Positions 54,501-64,000 of a DNA stretch of 64,000 nt are shown in pieces (position 1 is the first letter of the stretch; the number at the start of each line of letters is the position of its first letter). Location of the stretch: NCBI RefSeq assembly GCF_009914755.1, contig NC_060932.1, one strand, 5' to 3'. This DNA is from the human T2T-CHM13v2.0 reference genome, Homo sapiens. Below the pieces are notes generated by a model. The model made no database searches and was not told the DNA's origin. It was given only the letters and a program-made list of their open reading frames with translations. The position numbers and the translations under genes were made by a program.

Positions 54501-55992
54501 TACAATTTGAAAGTGTAATTAAGAAAACAATACCGACTGGGTGTGGTGGCTCACGCCTATAGTCCTAGCACTTTTTGGGGCCAAGGTGCATGGATTGCCT
54601 GAGCTCAGGAGTTCAAGACCAGCCTGAGCAACATGGTGAAACCCTGTCTCTACTGAAAATACGAAAAAAAAAAAAATTGCCTGGGCATGATGGTGCATGC
54701 CTGTAGTCTCAGCTACTTGGGAGGCACGAGGCATGAGAATCACTTGAACCTGGGAGGTGGAGGTTTCAGTGAGCTGAGATTGTGCCACATCACTCCAGCC
54801 TGGGTGACAAAGGGGGAGACTCTGTCTCCAAAAAAAAAAAAAAAAAAGAAAGAAAAAGAAAACAATACCATTTATAATAGCACAAAAATCAATGATACAT
54901 TTAACAAAACAAATGCAAATCTTATTATCTGAAAACTTCAATATATCATAAGAAATGTTAGCAGCTCCAAATAAATAGAAAGATATCCATTTTAAGAAGC
55001 AGAGGACTTAATATTGTTAAGGTGGAAATATTCTGTAAACTTATCTACAAACTCAGTGCTAGCTTTATCAAAATACCAACTGGTTTCTTTACAGAAATTG
55101 ATAGTCAGATTATGAAATTCACATGCACAAATCAAAGGATCCAGAGTATTCATATCAATATTGAATATGTAGAACAAATTTGGAAGACAAATTTTCCAAT
55201 TTCAAAGGCTACTACAATATTAAAAACTTCAGCAATTAGGAGAGTGTGTTAGTGACATAAAAATCAACAAAACCTATAGTAAAGAATTGAAAGTCCAGAA
55301 ATAAGCTCTCACATTTATTGTCAACTGAGTTTTGTAAAGAGCATCAAAACCATTCAAAAGGGAAAAAATAATGTCTTCAAAAATTGATGCTGGAACAACT
55401 GGATATCCACATGCAAAAAAATAATAATAATTGAACCCTACCTTATACCATTTATAAAAGTTGAATTAAAATATTAAACCACAATGAGATACCACACCAG
55501 TCAGAATAGCTGTTACTAAAAAGTCAAAAAGTAACAGATGCTGGCACTGGTGAGGCTGTAGAGAAAAAAAGAAACATTTATATACTGTTGGTGAGAGCAT
55601 AAATTAATTCAGCCATTGTAGAAATCAGTGTGGCGATTCCTCAAAGACATTACATTTATTAAAATGTAATGCAATAGCTAAAACTTACATAAGAAAACAT
55701 GGATCTAAAGCTTTGCTAACTTGATTTGGGCACTAGATATTTTAGATGTTATACCAAATCATAAGAAATATTTTTAGGACAGGTGATGTTGGGAAGAAAT
55801 GGGGAGCAATTACTGTTATGTGCAGAATTTCTTTTTGGTGTGAAGAAAATATTCTGTTTCAAAGCACAGACTCTTGATTGTGGTGATGATTGTACAGTTC
55901 TGTGAATATGCTAAAATAATTTAAAATGTATATTTTAAATGTGCAAATTGTATGTTATGTTAATTATATATGAATAAAACTGATATAAAAAT
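51530..55992 (+). mobile_element. Old LINE-1 (L1MB7/8-like 3' end) with degenerate ORF2, interrupted by an Alu and an L1P fragment; 5' boundary uncertain
   Basis: ORF pieces IYAPNNKAPKY (52473) and IKIPTGFFTEID (55022); 'ctaagatcaggaacaagacaa'; 3' end 'gattgtggtgatgattgtacagttctgtgaatatgctaaaa...aataaaactg'. Confidence 0.78.
54535..54855 (+). mobile_element. Alu (AluSz6-like)
   Basis: 'gattgcctgagctcaggagttc' and 'ggcatgagaatc'; TSD aagaaaacaatacc on both sides. Confidence 0.92.
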
Positions 55993-56049
55993 CAGTGAGA
56001 ATGAGAGAAGATAAGATAACCTGCATAAATATTTTGAGTGTAGAACTTA

Positions 56050-56580
56050 AAGGGACACATATTCCAATAAACTGATAAATATGGTAATGAAAAAAGTCTA
56101 GGATTGTTCCCAGTAAATAGACATTCTCATAACTAGGATGGAAAAATCAGAAGAATAAGTTGGGAGGAGGGTTATTACATTATTTACTTTGGATATATTG
56201 AGTTGGAGGAAAAATAAGAGAGTTTTAAAAAAGGAAATAGAATGTGGAAGTGCCTGGAAGAAAGAAATAATGGAGGGGGTCAAGCAACATAAAGACATCT
56301 GGTGTAGCTTGAGCATGGACATTAGATCGTGAGTGGTTTGTTACGACAATGAAATGGTAGTACGATGTCTTGTAGAAAATGTCAAAGGTTGTGATGAATT
56401 TTAAGAAAGGGGTTGATGTAATCAGAATTATAGTGAGGAATATTATTTTGGCTGCAAGTGAAAGATGGACTAGGTTATTAAAGTTAAGGTAGATCAATTA
56501 AAAGGCTGCTATGATAAGACTTGAGAGATGACAGTGTTCTGAACTAAAATAGGGAAGAGGAGATGAAGAGAATAATAGAC
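56050..56580 (-). mobile_element. L2 relic
   Basis: 'ttggatatattgagttggagg', 'ttttggctgcaagtgaaagatggacta', 'tgagagatgacagtgttctgaactaa'. Confidence 0.55.
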
Positions 56581-56597
56581 AGTAAAAAAAAAAAAAA

Positions 56598-59557
56598 GTG
56601 GAGGAAAATGTCTAGATAGAAACCTTCTAGTGAATAGAACTTCACTAGAAGTTCTTCCTCCCCAGAAGAATACCAAATTGAACAACTATCCAGACACAAA
56701 GAAGTACCTTTATAAAAACTAAAATTAGGTGAGAAATCACAGTCCTTGGTTTTAACTTCATGTCACAGGAAAAGGCACTGAAGAGGGTAGAAAAGTGTCT
56801 TGAATTGCCAGTGCCACCCCTCCCCAATCTTCAATCAATGGCTTCATGGCACACAGAGATAATCTGTGGGCTTAGGAGAGGGAGGGTACAGAAATTGGAG
56901 GACTTTGCACTGAAGCTCCATGCTGTTTTGTCACAGTGGAAAACAACACCAGGCAGGACTCAGCTGGCACTCACAGAGGGAGCATTTAGTGGTCTGGAAT
57001 GGGGACCTCAGAACTCTGCCCACTGCCCTATCCTACTGTGGCTGAGCTGGTATCTAAGTTGCAAGACAAAGTCTTCTTTACTCTTCCCTCTCCTCCCCTC
57101 AAGCAGAGAAAAGGAGCCTCAGCTCTAACCAGAGAAAACGTCCATCCCAGCAGTCAGAACCTGAGTTTCAGCAAGCCTTGCCACCATGGGCAAAAGTACT
57201 CTGGATTAGTAAACAAACTTGAAAGACAGGCTAGCCCTTAAGTATTGCAATTATTGGGCAATTCCTCATGCTGTGCTGGGCTTGGAGCCAGTGGATTTGG
57301 TGGTTCCATGACCCAGTGAAATACCAGATGGGGCAACCAAAGAGTGCTTGTGCCACCCCCTCCCCAAACCTCAGGCTGTTCAGCCCACAGCTCCAGGGGA
57401 GACTACTTTTCTTTGCTTGAGAAAAGGAGAGGGAAGAGTAAAGAGGACTTTGTCTTATAACTTGGATACCAGTTCAGTATCCAAGGGCTGTTGGCAGAGT
57501 CCTGAGGTCCCCATTCCAGGCTAGCTCCTGAATGAAACTTCTAGACACACCTTTGGCCAGAAAGTAACCCGAGGACTTGAAGGAAACAACCCAGTTTGGG
57601 CAGGAAACTAAAGAGTCCTTGGGGCCTATCCTAATAAAGACCTCTTGGACTCTAAATAATCATCAGTGATACCCAGCAGTACTCACTATGGGCCTTGGGT
57701 GAGACTCACAAATGTGTTGGTCTCAGAAGTGACCCAGCACAGTTGCATGTGGTGGCCAAAGGGAGGTATTCCTTCTGCCTGAGGAAAGGAGAGGGAAGAG
57801 TAAATGAGAATTTGTCTTGCAGCTTGGTTACCAGCTCAGCCACAGTGGGGTAGGGCACCAACCATGTTGTGAGTCCAGGCCTTGGCTCTTGGATGGCATT
57901 GTTTGACCTTTCCTGGGCCAGAGGGGAGCCCACTGCCCTATAGGGAGGGACTCAGGACTGGCTGGTGTCAACATCAGCAGTAGCCAGGTAGTATTTACTG
58001 TGGGTGTGGGACTATGATGTCTATGAGGTGAGGCTCTTCTCCTTGAGGAAAGGAAAAGAAAGAGTGGGAAGAACTTTGTCTTATGGCCTGGGGGCCAGCT
58101 CAGCCACAGCAGAATAGAACAGCAAATAGATTGCTAAGGTTTCCAACTCCAGGCTCTGGCTCCCAGATGGCATCTCTAGACCTGACTGGGGCCAGAGTTT
58201 GGCTAGCCAAACTGAAGGACAGGACACATCCCTAAGGTCTTGAGTAAATACAGGTGGTGGCCAGGCAGTGGTTACCACATGTCTTGGGTGAGAGCAAGTA
58301 CCATGCTGTCTTCAGATCTGACCCAGCGCAGTCCCAATGGTGTGGACACAGAGATACTTGTATTACTCCTCTCTCAGTTCTAGACAGCTCAGCGTAAAGA
58401 GAGGGATTTTGTTCGTTTGGGTTAAGTAAGGAAAAAGAACAAGACTCTCTGCTTGGTAATTCAGAGAATTCTTCTGGGTCTTATCCATGACCACCAAGGC
58501 AGTACCTATACGAGTCTGCAAGAGACAAGCATCACTAAGCTTGAAGTGCCCCCTAATGTAGATATGGCCGTGATGACCAAAATTTAGATTACAGCACCCA
58601 AGTTCTTTCAAATACCTGGAAAGCCTTTCTAAAAAGAATGTGTACAAATAGCCACACTGCAAAAAGTACCATAAATGCTTAACTTTGCAATGCTCAGACA
58701 TCAGCAAATACCCACAAGCATCAAGACCATCCAGGCAAACATGACCTTACCAAATGAACTAAATAAGGCATTAGGGACCAATCTTGGGGAAAACAGAGAA
58801 ATGTGACCTTGGAGGCAGAGAATTCAAAATAGCAGTTTGGAGGAATCGCCATGAAATTCAAACTAACACAGAGAAGAAATTCAGAATTCTATCAGGTAAA
58901 TTTAACAAAGAGAATGAAATGACTAAAAATATTCAAGCAGAAATTCTGGAGTTGAAAAAGGAAATTAACATACTGAAGTATGCATCAGAATTAACGTACC
59001 AGCAGAATTGATCAAGCAGGTGAAAGAATTAGTGAGCTTGAAGACAGGCTATTTAAAAATACACAGTAAGAGGAGACAAAAGAAAAAAGGAGAAAGAAGA
59101 AAGTACACCTACAAGATATAGAAAATAGTCTAAAAATGGAAAATCTAAGGGTTATTGGCCTTAAAGAGAAAGTATAGAAAGATATAAAGGTAGAAAGTTT
59201 ACTCAGAGGTATAATAACAGAATTTCCCAAACCTGAGATAGATAGAAATATTCAAGTACAAGAAGGTTATAGAACACTAAGCAGTTTTAGCTCACAGAAG
59301 ACTACCTCAAGGCATTTAAAGTCAAACTCTTAAAGGTCAAGGGTAAAGAGAGAATCCTTGAGAAAGCAACAAGAGAAAAGCAAACAATTTACAATGGAGG
59401 TCCAATATGTCTAGCAGCAGACTTGTCATTGGAAACTTCACAGGCCAGGAGAGAGTGAAATAACATACTTAAAATGCCAAAGGAAAAACTTTTATCCTAG
59501 AATACTATGTCCAGCAAAATTATCCTTCAAACATGAAAGAGAAATAAACACTTTCCA
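56598..59557 (+). mobile_element. L1M1-type (L1MA1-3-like) 5'UTR and ORF1 region
   Basis: 'accaaattgaacaactatcca...ttggttttaacttca...aggcactgaagagggtag'; tandem 5'UTR monomers at ~57419, 57781 and 58045; ORF1-like peptide REFKIAV...IQAEILELK (58784). Confidence 0.82.
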
Positions 59558-59607
59558 AAAACAACAACAAAAACAACAACAACAACAAAACAAAAACAAA
59601 AACAAAA
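59558..59607. repeat. (CAA)n/(CAAAAA)n simple repeat at the junction of two L1s
   Basis: Direct reading. Confidence 0.9.
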
Positions 59608-59609
59608 CC

Positions 59610-62600
59610 CCAAGCTTGGTGACTGGGAGCTGAAGCTGACTCCCAGCGTAGAATAGCTGCTCTAAAAAAACGTGGCCAGACTGCTTTAAAATGAGTCCCC
59701 AGTCCTGTTTCTCTTCACTGGGTGGGATCTCTCAACTGGGGTCTCCAGCTAACCCCATTGGTGTTCTCCTGCCAAGAGAGGTTTCAAACCTTCCTGGAAT
59801 GAAGCTTCCAGAGGAAGAGGTGGGTTGCCATCTTTTCTGTTTGGGCAAATTGGCTGTTCTGGCCTTCAGTCTCTGAGGCAACCAGAGACTGAAGCAGATC
59901 GCCAACACAGCACAGCTGCTCTACAAAAACATGGTCAGACTGCTGTTATAAGTGTGTACTCCATCCCAGATCCCATTTCCCCTCATTGATGGGATCTCCT
60001 GACCAGGGCCTCCAGCTACCCTTGCTGGTGTTTTCTGGTTTGATACAGGTTTCAAACCTCTCTAGGATAGAGCTCCCAGAGGGAAGAATGGGCTGCCATC
60101 TTTAATGTTTTGACAACTTAGCCATTCTGACCTTCATGCTTTGGGAAGTCCAAGGCAACCAGAGGCTGAAGCAGACCCCCAATACAGCACAGCTTCTCCA
60201 CAAAAATGTGGCTAGACTGCTTTGTAAAGCAGGTCCCTAATTCTGTTCCTCCTCACTGGGAAGAACCTCTGAACTGGAGTCTCCAGCCTCTTACTCTAGG
60301 TGTCTTCAGGCTGTCAACAGGTTTATATCTCCTTGGAATAGAGATCCCAGAGGGAGGGGCAGGCTGCCATTTTTGCTGTTTCACATCCTTCACTGTTGAG
60401 ACCTTCAATGTACTGGAAATTCTGAGGAGACTAAGAACTGGAGCAGATCCCCAGCATACTGCAGCAGCCCTATGGAATAGTGGTCAGACTATTATGTGGG
60501 TGCCTGTTCCCATATCTCCTCACCAGGCAGGTCCTCCAACCCTGGGCCACTAACCACCCCCTGCTGGGGCAATTGAGTTGGTAGCAGTTCTGCAACTTCC
60601 AAAACAGAGACTCCAGGGGCAACTGAAAGCCTCTCTGCACTGCTTCTGCAATGGAACTGCCCTTGCTACTCTCACACACAGAGGAGCAAAGACCTTAAGT
60701 GTCATCACAACCTCCAGCAAGCTGCAGTTGACAGAAAAAGAGGAGTCCAGTCTGTTTCCCATGGGTCCCACCAACCCCTGCTGCTCATCATCAGACAAGG
60801 AACCCTTGGCTTGGGCCCACAGCACAGAACCTCCATGCTGTGCTGATTGCACTGAGTGATTATGACTTGCATCTCTCTGGGGTGGAGCCCCCAGGAGACA
60901 AGCAAACAATCATCGGCCACAACCATTACAAATGTCCCTTTCTCTGGTGCCTCCAAGTTGGGAAAGGAACGTAAACCCTAAGATTACCCCAGAGCTTCAG
61001 TAGGCAGCCCAGGAGTGCCAAGATGCAATGTACAGCCAACCCTCACGGGGAGAGGACCCCACATTTTCAGTGCATTGAGAGGAAATACAGCTGCAATTGA
61101 GAGGAAACATAGGGGAGCCAAACAATGGAGCAAGAGTCTACCAACTGACCAATAAAGCTAAGTGCCACCTACTAAATCATACCCCAAAACTTCAACAGCA
61201 AAAATAGCTCACTAACATACACCCCAGTGAAACCAAAGACAAGAACTTGGCTTCAAATAACAAAACTTCTAAATCCTTGGCCCCAGCTGGGCGTGGTGGC
61301 TTACACCTATAATCCCAGAACTTTGGGAGGCTGAGGCAGCTGGATCACCTGAGGTCAAAAGTTCGAGACCAGCCTGGCCAACATGGCGAAACCCTGTCTC
61401 TACTGAAAAAATACAAAAATTAGCTGGGTGTGATGGCACATGCCTGTAATTACAGCTACTAGGGGGCACTGAGGCAGTAGAATTGCTTGAACCCAGGAGG
61501 TGGAGTTGTAGTGAGCCAAGATCACGTGACTGCACTCCAGCCTGGGCAGCAGAGCAAGACTCCATCTCAAAAACAACAACAACAACAACAAAACACACAA
61601 AAAACGCTTGGCACTGTAAAAACATCCAAAAAGGAAATCTAATGACTGTACTCAATCTACACTGCAGTTAAAGGAACACCCACACACAAAGATGAGACAG
61701 AAGCAGCAATGCAAGAAGTTTGGTACACAAATGGCTAGAGTGTTGTATGTCCTTCAAATGACAACACAAGTTCTCCAACATGAGTTCTTAGCTGAAGTGA
61801 AACAAATATAATTCAGAATATGGATTAAAATGAAGGTCATCAAGATACATAAGAACAGCAAAACCCAATGCAAGGAAACTAAGAATCACAATAAAATGAT
61901 GCAGGAGCTGAAGGATGAAATGACTGGTATAGAAAATAACCTAATGGGTCTTAAAGAGCTAAAAGACACAATACAAGAATTTTACAGTGTAATCACAAGT
62001 ATTAATGGCAGCACAGACCAGGCTGAGAAAAAAAAAAAAAAATCACAGAACTTGAAGAATGGAATCTGAAATAACACAGCCAGACCAAAACAATAAAATA
62101 AATAAATAAATAAATAAAAACAGAATGAAGAAGAATATATAAGACCTTCAAGAAGTAAGAGATTATGTAAAGAGCTCAAATCTGCAAATCACTGACACCC
62201 CTGAAAAACAGGCAGAAAGTAAACAACTTAGAAAACACATTTCAAGATACTGTCCATAAAAACTTTCTCAAGCTTGCTAGACAGGCCAATAGTCAAATCC
62301 AGGAAGTATGAAGAACTCCTGCAAATTTCTTTACAAGTAGATTACACCCAAGACACATAGTCATTAGATTTCCCAAAGTCAAAACGAATTAAAAAATGTT
62401 AATGGTGGACAGAGAGAAATGGCAGGTTAACTACAAAGGGAACCGCATCAGGCTAACAGCAGACCTCTCAGATGAAACCCTAAAAGCCAGAAGAGATTGG
62501 GGGGCCTATATTTAACATTCTTAAAGAAAAAAAAATTGAACCAAGAATTTTATATCCAGCCAAACTAAACTTCTTTACAAAAGAGAAATAAGATACTTTA

Positions 62601-64000
62601 CAGATAAGCAAATGTTGAGGGAGTTCATTACCACCAGACCTACCTTACAAGAGATCTTGAAAGGTGTACTAGTATAGAAAGAAGAGACTGCTACCAGCTA
62701 ATACAAAAACACACTTATATATACAGACCAGTGGCACTATAAAGCAACCATACAAACAAGCCAGCATAATAACTAGCTAAAAACACAATGACATTACCAA
62801 ATTCACATATATAAATTCTAACCTTACATGTAAATGGGCTATATGACTCAATTAAAAGGGTCAGAGTGGCAAGCTGGAAAAATAAATAAATAAACAGAAA
62901 ATGCTATGCTGTCTTCAAGGGAGTCATCTCACATGTAGTGACTCATTGGCAAAAATGAAGGGATGGAGGAAAATCTACCAAACAAATGGAAAACAGAAAA
63001 AAGCAGGCATTGCAATCCTAATGTCAGACCAAACAGATTTTAAACCATAAAAGATCAAAAAAGACAAAAATGGGCTTTACATAATGGTAAATAATTCAAT
63101 TCAACAAGAAGATATAGATATCCTAAATACATATGCACCCAACACAGGAGTACCCAGATTCATAAAGCAACTTCTTAGAGACCTAAAAAGAGACATATTC
63201 TCCCACACAATAATAGTGGGAGACTTAAACACTCCACTGATAGTATTAGACAGATCACTGAGGCAGAAAATTAACAAAGGTATTCAGGAACTGAACTCAA
63301 CATTGAACCAAATGGTTCTGATAAACCTCCAAAGAACTCTCCGCACAATACAACAGAATGTACATTTTTCTCATTGCTACATGGCACGTACTCTAAAGCT
63401 GACCACATAATCAGACATAAAATGATTTTCATCAAATCCAAATAACTGAAATTATACCAAACATACTGTTGGATTGCAGCACAATAAAAATAGAACTCAA
63501 GACTAAGCAAATTCCTCAAAACCATGCAACACATCGAAATTAAACAACATGCTCCTGAACGAATTTTGGGTAAATAATAACATTAAGGTAGAAACGAAGA
63601 AGTTCTTTAAAACTAATGAGAACAAAGTTACAACATACCATAATCTCTGGGACAAAGCTAAGGCAATGTTAATAAAAAAATTCATAGCACTCAATGTCCA
63701 CATCATAAAGTTATAAAGATCTCAAATTAATAACCTAACATCAAGACTGAAATAAATAGAGTCAAGAACAAATCAACTCCATAGCTAGCAGAAGACAGGA
63801 AATGACCAAAATTAGAGCTGAACTGAAGGAAACTGAGACAGAAAAAACACCATTCACAACATTAACAAATCCAGGAGCTTTTATTTTTAAATAGTAAGAC
63901 AGATGGGCTGCTAGCTAAATGAATAAAGAAGAAAAGATAGAAGCTTCAAATACACACAATTAGAAATGATAAATGGGATGTTACTACTGACCCCACAGAA
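59610..64000 (+). mobile_element. L1P4/L1PREC2-like (L1PA13-15) LINE-1: partial 5'UTR with ~270-bp tandem units, ORF1 and ORF2 start; continues beyond the window
   Basis: Repeat anchors 'ctgaagcaga...cagc' at ~59629, 59888, 60164 and 60436; ORF1-like peptide (61830); endonuclease peptide SIQQEDIDILNTYAPNTGVPRFIKQ...IIVGDLNTPL (63084); disrupted. Confidence 0.85.
61285..61604 (+). mobile_element. Alu (AluSx-like) with (CAA)n tail, nested in L1
   Basis: 'ggatcacctgaggtca...cctggccaacatggcgaaaccc'; degenerate TSD aaa..cttggc.c. Confidence 0.92.

Noticed and set aside
59610-60560. ~270-bp tandem repeat, about 4 units
   Set aside because: Consistent with the known monomer structure of old primate L1 5'UTRs.
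63084-63410. Endonuclease-like 108-aa ORF
   Set aside because: Fragment of a decayed L1 ORF2.

Overview
AT-rich, repeat-dense primate genomic DNA, most likely human or great ape (young AluYc1-like element, LTR12). It reads as intergenic or deep-intronic. I found no credible protein-coding gene, RNA gene or CRISPR array. The ORF track consists of broken L1 ORF1/ORF2 pieces, Alu/LTR read-throughs and low-complexity frames. Roughly half the window is LINE-1: a full-length but inactivated L1PA8 (-), a near-full-length old L1MB-type (-), L1PB, two L1PA7 3' fragments, an L1MB (+), an L1M1-type 5' half, and an L1P4/L1PREC2-type element running off the right edge. There are also 8 full Alus and one Alu fragment, solo LTRs (MER4, LTR12, MLT1A, MLT2), Tigger2a, Tigger3a, MER20, and L2/MIR relics. 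Repeat subfamily names come from remembered consensus sequences and need RepeatMasker/Dfam confirmation. I cannot support a new biological system here. The best leads are: (1) a ~180-bp apparent gene-conversion tract shared by two inverted L1s of different subfamilies ~15 kb apart; (2) a perfect SOX-OCT composite motif in a repeat-poor island; (3) a solo LTR12 with an intact CCAAT array back-to-back with an L1PA8 5' end; (4) a possibly polymorphic AluYc1; (5) several template-switch-like scars (nested inverted and mirror-ordered repeats).
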